From assembly GCF_009834535.1 (NCBI RefSeq), contig NC_045696.1, forward strand, positions 49,788,001 through 49,852,000: DNA of 64,000 nt, written 5' to 3'. Numbering within the stretch: position 1 is the first letter of the stretch; each line of letters opens with the position of its first letter. The position numbers were made by a program, and so were the translations under genes. Below the pieces are notes generated by a model. That model did not search any database, was not told where the DNA came from, and saw only the letters and a list, made by a program, of their open reading frames with translations. This DNA comes from Camelus ferus (Eukaryota). Below, piece after piece: positions 12,530-23,586 of this stretch.

Positions 12530-12870
12530 CAATCTCGTGTGACCGTTTTAGGCAAGGCACTCGAGCGTGTGGCGCTGTTGGGCGTCACACCGCCTGCGGC
12601 ACTGCGAGCGCTCCGGCCGCGCGCTGCTTCCGCGAGGGGCCTGAGAGCCGCCCGCGTGCCGGCGGCGGAGGCCTTGAGGGGTTACTCACAAATGGCAGTA
12701 AACCGACCGAATGGACCTGCTACTTTTGAATAACAGGATGCAGACGAAAGTCAGCAGCCCAGCAACTATTATAAAATGATGACGGGAGGAATAAAGTTGA
12801 CGTTAGGGGAGCACAGCGCGCAGCCGTTCCGTTCCCAGGGTAGTGATCTCAGAGGGACTTCCGGGTTCTT
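12530..12870. promoter_or_regulatory. Small intronic CpG island / promoter-like element within PHLDB2
   Basis: About 22 CpGs in about 135 bp (12536-12670) inside an AT-rich intron; ETS motif ACTTCCGG near 12857; CRE-like TGACGTTA near 12798. Confidence 0.6.
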
Positions 12871-15800
12871 AGGCACTCTGCACTTTGGAAAGTTGTTATT
12901 TTGAAAGCATCCGACTACTCTACCCTCTTCCCAAATGATTTTGAACATTTTATAATAGTATCCCTGTGGTGAACTCTTGATAGTTTGACCTTTTTTTCCT
13001 ATTTTTGAGCCATCTTTAATAAGTAAATACATTCTATATGTTTTCCTATCATCGTGGTTTTCTCTCTCCATTATCTGCTCCCGCCTCTTCAACCCCTCCA
13101 GAAATTAAAAGTAAATATGTGTCCCTCTAAATGATCGTTCCCCAGACCCACCTGTCATATTTCATGGTGGTGAGAGCAGCAGTGCAGCAGTGAATACAGG
13201 AAATTACCTAGAAAGGGACCACTTCAATTAGATTTACCAAACGTTAGAAGTTTAGATCTAGAGACTAATTAAGCACAGTGGCCAGCAAAATCTTAACTTA
13301 TATTTATCAACTTACCCACTTAACTTTTTCTTTAAATGTTTTCCAAAAATAGAAAATGAGAATGACCCCAGTGAATGTGCCTTGTTAAGAGGACAGCATT
13401 ACTGCAGAGTGGTCTTTCCTGGCAGGTATCTACATGTGGTCATTTTCTTTCTTTCCCCCAGTTTATTTATTTTTTATTGAAGTATAATTGACTTACAATG
13501 TAGTATTAATTTCCAGCCATATCATTTTGCATAGTTCTTCACACGCGTGACCCAGTGCTGCTAGCAGTCATAGATAATCAATCACCGTGGTCAGAAATTA
13601 CTAATAGTATTACTTGAAACATGCCATCAGATTCTCTGAATGTCCAAAAATTGAAGCCAAAGTGGAAGATGCCTGTAAAAGGTCTAGTTTAAATAAAAGG
13701 GAGAAAGAAGAAAAACAAGCATTTCTCTTCTGTGCCACCATTTACCTAAAAAACATTCATGCTGCCCTAAGATAAGCTTGTACCCATTTTTATGATGGGA
13801 ATTAATGTGACAAACATCAGGGAAGTGGATAGTAAGAAGCTAATGTTTCGAATGTGTGTTAGGACAGCACATTCTTAATGGGAACTTTTTGAAGATAAGT
13901 AGAAAGAAATAAAACTAAAAAATTTCCTCTTTCTAGGATTTTTTAAAATTATGTATTAAAATATCCTGAAATAATACGTGTTTTAAAGAGGTAATTCCAT
14001 GCTGAAATTCTAGCAACACAAACTTAGTCTTGTGGTTTATTAGGTCACAAAGAGCTACTGGTAGAATTACAGAATTACTCAGAGTTGTGGGTACCTTCAC
14101 TTTTTGTTGAGACATCATTTTTGTGTCTACCAGAAAGTTACTTGAGTCACACAGTGTTTTTGCTTTTTCAGCATCATTACTTACACTGTACGCAATCATA
14201 AAGCTAAGAAATAGGGTCTTGGGTCTTAGAAAACAGCAACTGAAAGTCAATTCTGCTTAAAGTCTCCATTCTGCTAACATGACTGAATTAGCTCATAGAG
14301 TATTGTGTTCTGAATCCCACCTGCAACAATACGATATCATTAGCACTGCTGTTGAGCCCTGACCTTGTGGTCGTGCTCCGAGAAGATACTGAGGAAGTTG
14401 GTCTCTCTTGATAACTGTTACCTACCAGCAGCTTGTGTGTGGAATGGGGACAGGACTGGGTATGGGGTTGAGGGCATTCGGGGCTGAGCTTGGTTTTAAG
14501 AGATACTTCAACCAGGATTTCAGGTACTTCTAATCTTTTCCTTTTAGGCAAAGATTTGTATTCTTTCTAGGGAGTCAAAACCCAGTATTTGCGTTTTATT
14601 CTAGGGCATTCTTTCAGAAGAGATACAGAAAGCCAGAGGATTTCAGAGGAGGGCAGCTAACTGTTAAAGGGACCAGATAGTCTACTGACTAGAGAGAGAT
14701 TAGATGTTTTATAAGGAGTAATAATTTGCTTAGCCTGAAAAAGTACTTGAGAAGATGAGTTGAAAATTGATGGTCTGGGACACTGGCTCTTCATTTAGTG
14801 GCAAACTGGTGCACTGAAGGCAGTCTGGGAGAAGTTTTATGACTGTATGGAGAATTTTGTTTTGCTGCATGCTTTACGTTTTGCTTATTTATTTATTTGT
14901 TGTATGACTGTTCTTTTTTGCTTTTTTCCTTCCTTTTCCTGTTTTTGCCTTTGCCTCTAAAGTGAGTATTCTAAAAGGCAATTCAGATTTTGCTGAAAGA
15001 TATTACCCAGCACTGAAAACTAAATCCGCTATTTAGATTCCTTTTCCCTTGAGTGAAGTTTTGTTTTTCTTTATGGCTATGGTTTTTACCAAAGTTGGTC
15101 ACATCAAAAAGTAATCGTCAGTTGATAAAATAGAATATTGGCTGAGTAGAGAAGGTAGGCAAAACTAATTATCTTTAGACCATTAATGGCCAAGTGATTC
15201 AGTATCAGCGCTCACATATGAGATCAGAAATGTGTGCCTGTCTTTTGAAGAAGGTCAGAAGTTGGAGCAATGGAAGGAAGCATTACCCCTCTTGTTATCT
15301 GGATGGGCTGGAGAAAGTAACTATGATGTCTTGTGCTACAGGTAATGAATGCATCACACAGTGTATCTTCAGCGACTTCCAGCTCTTGCTTTGCACGGGA
15401 GGTGCGAGCCAGATGGCATTTCCTTTGTTCACGGCCATGGTATTGACAAGCCTAGACTTCTCCCTAAGTTCCTGTGGCAGTCCCATTTACTTTTCGCTGC
15501 AGGTGCAACTCTGACTCCCCAAAAAGCATCAGATAGTGGCAACGTAGCATCATAGAGCAGCGAAAGTTTTGCTGAGTAAAAGTGGTTTACGTGTCAAGGA
15601 AATATTAAAATCAACAGTAGCAAAAGTGTAGCTGTAGAGAACAAATAGGTAAGTAGGTGTCCATAGGTAAAAACTAAGTTTTTTAACAAAATAACCAAAG
15701 TAGCTTTTAAAGTATAGAAGGTATAGTTTTTTAAGTGACTTCAGGTGCTTAAAAGGTATGAAGTTATGAAGAAATGTAGACATGTACTTTCTATCAACTG

Positions 15801-16827
15801 TTTTCAGAAAATTCAGACCATTTGGGAAAAAAATTAAGACATTTATGGAAGCATTGCCAAATAAGCAGATTGAGTATAATTGGCAGAGAATTAACTGGAA
15901 ATATTATCAAATAAATAGAAAACACCCTGAAAAATTCTCAAAACATGAACAGAAATATTTAAAGATGGATAAATATTTGAAAACTTGCCCCAGATATGCC
16001 CCAATAACACATATATGAAAAAACATGTACTGAAATATTTATTTCTAACCAAGTTATTTCCAAGCAGTTCATCTGGATTGGCTTCCTATGGCCTCAACAT
16101 CATACTTAGGCCAGTGAGTGGAAGCTGTTGGAAGACAGATTTTTGATTCCGCATGAGTATCAGTATTCTGACGATGCTGTCCATACAATGGAGGAACAGG
16201 CACAGTGAGTTTCTTGTAACTAACAACATTCAGGCACAAGCTAGATGAATAATGGGGGTGTCATAGAAAGAACCAAGGGACAGATGGGGGTTAGCGTATC
16301 AGTGAGTGTTTTGTTTTTTTAATTGTTTTTTAAGACCTGAGACTTAGTGAAACTCTAATTATTTATTTCTAAATTAATAGGAGTCATAAGCCATATATGT
16401 ATATATGAAATGTCACAGACGACACTACAGAACATAAACGTGTCCTGTGCTGTTGAATGACCTGCATGTTGTCTTAGGCTTTCTCAGTTGAGCTGATGAA
16501 ATTTGTCCCCTTTCCATCCATGAGGTCAGATAGTCTCAATAAAGGGAAATGCAAATTGCTGCACAGAAATTAAAGTTTTTTCCCCTTAATCCTTGCTGGT
16601 TGAAGAGAACAGAACTTATCCTTTTGTACGTCCCCCAACAGCTCATGGAAGTATGAGAAATAAATTGCCTTGTCCATGTCTTTCTCAGAAGAAAACACCT
16701 GTCTAAAAATTGGCCCAAGATAACCCTGCAGAGTGCAGCCTAGTTGTTAAGCCTCTATTGAGTCAATGTTACTAAGGCTGTCCCTCTCCTTGACGGATGC
16801 TTTTTGTGATGAGGCTGGCAGTACTGA

Positions 16828-17490
16828 TTTTTTTTTAACTTAAATTTTTTAAACAGTTTTAGGTTCACAGCAAAATTGAAAGGAAGGTACAGAGATTTCC
16901 CATATACCCCCTGTGCCCACACATGCATAGCCTCTCCATTATCAACATCCCCCACCAGAGTGGTACATTTGTTACAATTAATGAACCTACACTGGCACAT
17001 CACTATCACCTAAAGTCCATAGTTTATGTAGAGTTCACTCTTGGTGTTGTACCGTCTACGGATTTGGACAAATGTATAATGTGGTGTATCCATCATTATA
17101 GTATCATACAGAGTATTTCCATTGCCCTAAGAATCCTCTGTGCTCTGTCTGCTCGTACATCTCTCCCTTCCCACCCCTCACTTCAAACTATGGGCAACCA
17201 CTTATCTTTTTACTGTCTCCGTAGTTTTTTCTTTTCCAGAATGTCATATAATTGGAGTCATAAAATATTTAGCCTTTTCAGATTGACTTATTTCACTTAA
17301 TAATATACATTTAAGGTTCTTCCCTGTCTTTTCATGGCTTTATAGCTCATTTCTTTTTAGTGCTGAATAACATTCCATAGTCTGGATGTACTAGTTTATT
17401 TATCCATTTACCTACAAAAGGATATCTTGGTTGCTTCCAGGTTTGGCATTTATGAATAAAGCTGCTGTAAACATCTGCATGCACAATACT
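16828..17490 (-). mobile_element. L1MC-type LINE-1 3' fragment
   Basis: T-rich start, aggttcacagcaaaattga...aaagtccatagttt...ggacaaatgtataatg motifs; ORF2 C-terminal remnant (WKQPRYP) on the minus strand. Confidence 0.8.
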
Positions 17491-18958
17491 GATTTTAAGA
17501 TAAACCATATGTCCTGTGTTACTGTGGTCATTTATCTCTTTAAAAGAACTCTTAGCCCTGTGTCTGAAATATCCTAGGGTTGAGATGATCAACAATATGA
17601 TTTGGGGAGACTGACTATACAACAATTATCTTATTCATTTTATGTGAATTATTTTTTATATGAATGGGTATAGCAAACGTGTACCCTCCTGTGTGTGCCA
17701 GGCTCTGTGCTATGGAGGATACAGGGACAAAAGCCTCTCTGTACCCAAGAGAGTCTAGAAAAGAAGGCATATATTTAAGTGACTAGGCAAGTGTACATGT
17801 GTAAGAAACAACATTGGTTCTCTGTGGCTGCAACATCAGAATAAATAATTTTGACCCAGGCTATGGTCCTTTTTTTCCAAAATAGTCAAATAAAATGTAA
17901 ACAAGTGAAATATAAAATATTTTGTTTAGTGCTCAGCATTTCCAAGTTCTCCTCTTTCTCTTTTAGTTGCCCTAACTGTTCTTGCAGCTCTCACTCCCCT
18001 TGGTTTTTTCCTTCACTTGTCTGTGTGACATCTTTCTCAAGGTGCATTTCTCTTAAAGCCTTTGGATCCCTGAATGCAGTTTCTTCACTGGCATGGTGAG
18101 TGGGCTTAACTGGCAAAACTGGCCACCACCCTCCTCATGCACCTGTAGGAGAAGTCATTTTTTAATTGGCCATTTTAAATCACCATTAAATAGACATTTA
18201 TATTTATATTTAATGACATGAAAGTACTCAAATTATGTTTTTAATGTAAAAAGGGCAGATTAGAGGGTTATAGTCTGATCCCGTTTTCTGAAGTAAATTT
18301 CATAGGTGTAAACAGACATACAGAAAAACTGCTGAGAAGTTAGCTCTGAAAGATAAGATTACTGGTACTTTGATTTTTGTGTGTTATGTTTTTATGCATT
18401 ACTAAAAATGAGCATATTTTAGTTTTGCGATAAAACATACATTGCCATTTTGAAAAAAAAAAAACATTCAGGAAATAAAATGTCCACATGCATAAAGATT
18501 CAGTGAAAAAGCAACTGGTGACTCCTGTTCCCAAACCAAATAAAGTGACTTCCAAATTTAGGGACCATCGACATAGAACTTTGGTGGTGATTTAGTTGGG
18601 TCTGGGCATCTCTGAATAATTAAACTAATGGGAAAGCCTCCCTTGGGCCAAAAACTTTCAGGCTTTGGAGGAAACATTTTGAGAACACACTTTATAAAGT
18701 TTGGCTTTTGTTTATTCATGAGTAAAGCACTTTACTTGGTGTTATTTCCCTCGCCTGTATTTTTGTTGCCTAAGCTGATTTAAGTTAGATTCACCTACAG
18801 TTTTCAGAGCTGAATTGACTCGCCTCCTCAGACCAGTGATTCTTGTAAGTAACATCCTTCAAATTGTGTTGGATTTTGTCATACACCTTTCTGGACCTGT
18901 GTGTGTGAAGAGACAACAGTCAGAAGCTATATCCTTAAAAGGCTTTTGTTTTCTTCAG

Positions 18959-19049
18959 TGCCAGCACTTCGAATATTGCCCGGATAGAAGAAATGGAGAG
19001 ACTTCTGAAGCAGGCTCATGCGGAGAAGACCAGGCTGCTTGAATCCAGG
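18959..19049 (+). CDS. PHLDB2: PHLDB2 coding exon, SASTSNIARIEEMERLLKQAHAEKTRLLESR (coiled coil)
   Basis: ttcttcag|T and AGG|gtaggc; 91 nt, phase 2/0. Confidence 0.95.
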
Positions 19050-19632
19050 GTAGGCCTGATGTCTGTGTGCCAGGGGCCGGTGATGTGGTGGTTCAGGATG
19101 CCCTGCACTTGACATTGGGGAACTGCCCTCAGGCCTCGATAAGCAGTGTGATCTTGGAGGAGTCACTCAACCTTTCTTGGCCTCATTTTCTCATCTGTAA
19201 AGTAAGGGGGTTGGAGGGATGATGTCTGAGGCTCTTTACCGCACTACCATTTCTCATAGTGTGAAAGACATGTAGTGTGGACAGAAACTGAAATGAGTGT
19301 TTTGTGTGGTATCTTCCCTCCAGTGGCCACTTTTTTGCCTGCCAAGGGGTAGGAGGAATGTTGTGTCTCTCTGCATCCTCCCTGCCTTGTCAGCTTGCAG
19401 TAACTACACTATTGCAATATTAAAATCCCATGTCATTGTGACTGTATTTCAGGCCAGCAACTGAACTTCCTTAGGAATCCCCCCAAATGCCTGTGCATCC
19501 TGCCTGAAAGGGCACCTCCTTTCCTCTTCTAACTTCCCTGTGTGCTTCCTCTGCAGCCTTCAGCCAGGAAGCCACAGAGCAACAACAGGAATTGGAAGGA
19601 CCCATGGCCTTCAGTTAGAACATGGCCATCGT

Positions 19633-19727
19633 GGGGGCGGGTGTAGCTCAGTGGTAGCATGCCTGCTTAGTGTGCATGAGGTCCTGGATTCCATCCCTAG
19701 TACCTCCATTGGAAAAAGAAAAAAAAG
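19633..19727 (+). mobile_element. tRNA-derived SINE (camelid Vic-1-like)
   Basis: Pol III A box (tagctcagtggt), degenerate B box (gattccatcc), A-rich tail, degenerate TSD ending gccatc. Confidence 0.8.
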
Positions 19728-20093
19728 ACAGCCATCAAAAGAAAGGCTAAATGTCATGACTAGTGTTGGGTCACAATTAGCGAGGCTTTTTAAAATTAAA
19801 AATGGGAGAGTTGTGGTCATTAGTATGAAATGACTGAATATAGTCACAAGCTGGGTTTTCACTTAATATTCAATTGTTAGTTAAGTGTAGTGTCTGCATT
19901 TCTACATTGGATGACTTTGGGAGCTATGGGAGAGGTGATTACGGGTGTTTTAATCTTGGTTCTATAATGTAAGAGCTTAGGCTCTAAAGCCAGGAATTGT
20001 CTAGTGAGAATTATTTTTCTGTATATATTAGTTGGAATCATTCAGGTATGTAACCAGTATGTCTGAAAATTCGTTCTGCAAAATGATATTTAG

Positions 20094-20240
20094 GAACGCG
20101 AAATGGAAGCCAAGAAGCGAGCTCTGGAAGAAGAAAAACGACGCCGAGAACTCCTGGAAAAACGATTGCAGGAAGAAACTAGCCAGAGGCAGAAGTTAAT
20201 TGAAAAGGAAGTAAAAATTAGGGAGAAACAAAGGGCACAG
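20094..20240 (+). CDS. PHLDB2: PHLDB2 coding exon, EREMEAKKRALEEEKRRRE...KQRAQ (coiled coil)
   Basis: atttag|GAA and CAG|gtaggt; 147 nt, phase 0/0. Confidence 0.95.
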
Positions 20241-22095
20241 GTAGGTCAATCTGGATGGATTGGAGTAGGTTGCCCCCTGGTGGTCGTTCTGTAGAAGACG
20301 GTCATGCTGTGTTTTGAGGATGCCTCTGGCTGTGCTGACTATTAGCCCTTGACTTGGAATGGGTGAGAGAAAGATGTGCATTAGTGGGCAAAAAAATGTA
20401 TGTTTATTTCAAAACTCCTTGGGAACTACTAACAAAATGACATTTTTCTTTAGTTATGTGGAACCTTTTGATGGGAGGGGCATTTTTGCTTCTACCCATT
20501 TTGGGGTGTATGTTTAAAAGGAGAATGTGTTTTGACCAGCTTTGAAAATGCAGCTAGATTCATTACTGAAAGCAAACACAACACCCAGACCAAGTTGGGT
20601 GTTGTATTTGTTTTAGCTGAGAGAGAAAAGATTCTATTAAGCCATCTTTCAGGAACAAGCACTCCAGAATGGGATCCTTTTACCAGCCTGGTTTCTTGGA
20701 GGTCGCATTCATGCTTTGGGTTTTTTTTTCCTTCTAATCTCTGTGTTGTCACATGTGTCCCCTTTGCTGCACCAGTCCGCAGACATGTGCACAGGATTCC
20801 TGGACTCAAGCAAAAGTCAGGAAGACCAGCCACTTTGTTTAACTTCCCATCTCAATCATAGTCCAGTTTGAATCTCTGTTCTTATCACTAGAACTGCTAA
20901 CATAATGTATGTTCTCTGAGAAACTGAGATAAAGCTTTGCTAAGAACCATGTAATTTCAAATTCAAATTCAAATCATATTACCAAGGTTTACTAGACTCA
21001 AAGGTAAAAGGTACCAATGCCCCTTTTCCTTACGGTTGCTGGCAGTTTGATCGGTACAGCAGAGAGAGACTGTCCTTAAGACTTTGTGTGCTTTGAGGTA
21101 TCAGTAAATCCATGACATCTGTCTAGAGTCAAAGTGCCATAGAATCAAAGGCAAAATAAAGGAAAAATACAAAGTAAAACTTACTCGTTTTATCTCATTA
21201 TGCCAAACCTCTGTCAGATTTTGATTTGCAGTAAAGGTCATCTGTGCCCATTTGGTATCTGAGGCCAAACCAAAAGGCACAAGTTCTATTTTAATTCTAA
21301 TTCTAAGTTTTGTTTCCAAGATATGATTACGATATTTTTCCCCAGGGCAAAGGGGTGAGATAATGTAACAGAATAAAATAAAAAGGCCATTTTAGAAATA
21401 TTACCCGTGGCGATAGGTACTCCCTAGGTTAGGTGAACCCCTGCTCCAGCCAGAGTAAAACAAAAGACATCTTTGTACCCCTCTTCCGTGTCTGGTCCTG
21501 GACAGCTCATTGGGTACAGCTTTGATTCCACTTCTTCCCTTATTTCAGCTTTGCTTTTCAAAACATACGTCTCTGCTTTCAGTTTCTATCAGTGTATGCA
21601 GGCTGCCACGTACATACATACTTGGGGATCTGATGGGGGTTGTACTTACTAAATAATGTTCAGTGAATTGTGTCATGTGTGAGGTTATTTAAGGAGAACT
21701 ACTGTTAACTTGTGGCAGGGAGAGCTCCTGGAAACTGTACCCTCATCTGGAAGCAGCAGCCCAGATAACTTCATGCTTCATTTCCCAGTGCTTTTAAGTG
21801 ATAAGTGCCTCTCTTAAAGCTAAAATAAATGGCATGTTTCCTTTTCTCATCTGGCCATTTTAAGGAATAGAATCTGTTGGCCTGAGTTTATCCACATTTT
21901 CTTCCCCTATCCTGTAGCATTCTTAAAATGCTGTCCACTTTTCAGATTCCAAATGACAATGTTAATCTTAAGTTATGATTATCACGTGGGCATTTTAACA
22001 CCTTGGATTTTAAGTCCATTTTCACTTCTAAACATCTGTGACCTGAAACAAAACAAGTGACGAGCTGTGGATGAGATGGGCTTGTGCTTTTCCAG

Positions 22096-22315
22096 GCTCG
22101 ACCTTTGACCCGCTATCTGCCCATTCGGAAGGAAGACTTTGATTTGCGGAGCCACGTGGAGACTGCTGGCCACAATATTGATACCTGCTATCACGTGTCA
22201 ATCACAGAGAAGACCTGCAGAGGATTCCTCATCAAAATGGGTGGAAAAATTAAAACTTGGAAGAAACGTTGGTTTGTGTTTGATCGGAACAAGCGCACCT
22301 TCTCTTACTATGCAG
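22096..22315 (+). CDS. PHLDB2: PHLDB2 coding exon, start of PH domain (CRGFLIKMGGKIKTWKKRWFVF)
   Basis: tttccag|GCT and CAG|gtgggt; 220 nt, phase 0/1; basic phosphoinositide-binding PH signature. Confidence 0.97.
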
Positions 22316-23400
22316 GTGGGTGATAAAAAGTCTGAGTGATATATCCAAAGGAGGAACTGAATCACTCTCTGCTTAGGGACGACAGCAGTCAAATTCAGCA
22401 TCAATAAGTAGAGTGGTAAATAATAAGACTAATGGCAGTATTAGCTTGGTAGATGTGTATAATTTTATATCCAGATTATATGGCCCACATGATATGATTT
22501 TCCTCCCTAGAAATGACAAAACCTACTTTATTTAAACAGTGTGAGTTTGTTTATTCTAGTTCTGAAATAAGCTCAATTCCAAATAAATATTAAATTGAAT
22601 TTAATTTTTTTAGCCCAAAATATTGTCTTTTAAACCACAAGACCAGGGAGGAAAAAAGGTTTCTATCTATTTTCTTACAGTCAATGCCCTGTTTAAGTCA
22701 CACACAATTAGCAGCTTGGCTGACAGTCATTTAGCTGTAGTTTATAAACTAGAGTGGTCATTTAAGCCCAGAGAGTAAAGCCCATCAGTGAACTAGTGGG
22801 TAAGTAAGTGTGTATTAAGTGACTGGAATATTTTTAGATTCTTTAAATGAGGGAGTATGAGAACCATACCCTGATGAATCTTCTATAAATGCAGGAATAT
22901 TTGTGTAACTAGTGTACTTATTAAGAAGCCCCTTATTAACTCTGAGCTCACATCTGAAATATGTCTGTGATCAGCACAAGTATAGCTCTGCTCCCTTTCC
23001 AACTGCTGCGTAAGCAGTATCGTGCCAGGCTTCAGAGAGCCCCTGCCTTGGGGTGACGGTGCCAGCATTGATGAGCATTGTATAGAATTGTCATAAAGTG
23101 TATTAGCACAATAAATTAAAAAGGATAGTCCAGTCATTTAATCGTAGTGTGAGGTCAGGGCATGTTTAGGAAGAGAAGAGTGAGAAACCAAGAAGCACGT
23201 GGAAGAAAGGAAACACTGGCGATGAGCCCCAGAATGGGGGTGAGGAGAGGGTAGGGGGTGCATGCCGTTCAGTTAGGGGCTCCTTGGGCAGGGTTCCAGT
23301 TGCTGCAAGGGCGAGTGGCCTGAGTTAAGTGGTCTAATAACCCTCACAGGTTGCCTCTCGGGCTTTCTGGCCTTGGGTTTTATAAGAATCCAGAGACAGT

Positions 23401-23444
23401 TTGTAGTAGCCTGTAATGAAAAAGAATATGTGTATGTACATATA

Positions 23445-23482
<38 letters not shown>

Positions 23483-23586
23483 ACTGAATCACTATGCTAC
23501 ACACCAGAAACTAATACAACGTTGTAAATCAACTATACGTCAATTAAAAATAAAGTACAAATGCATATACACTTTGATATTAAAAA
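23401..23586 (+). mobile_element. 5'-truncated L1 3' end containing a (TG)n microsatellite
   Basis: aactgaatcact...acaccagaaactaatacaac...gtaaatcaactata L1 3'UTR end; perfect 17-bp TSD AAGAATCCAGAGACAGT at 23384-23400 and 23587-23603. Confidence 0.85.
23448..23479. repeat. (TG)n microsatellite
   Basis: About 16 uninterrupted TG units. Confidence 0.95.

Noticed and set aside
19633..19710. tRNA gene
   Set aside because: Degenerate stems, A-rich tails, TSDs and three divergent copies indicate SINEs, not functional tRNAs
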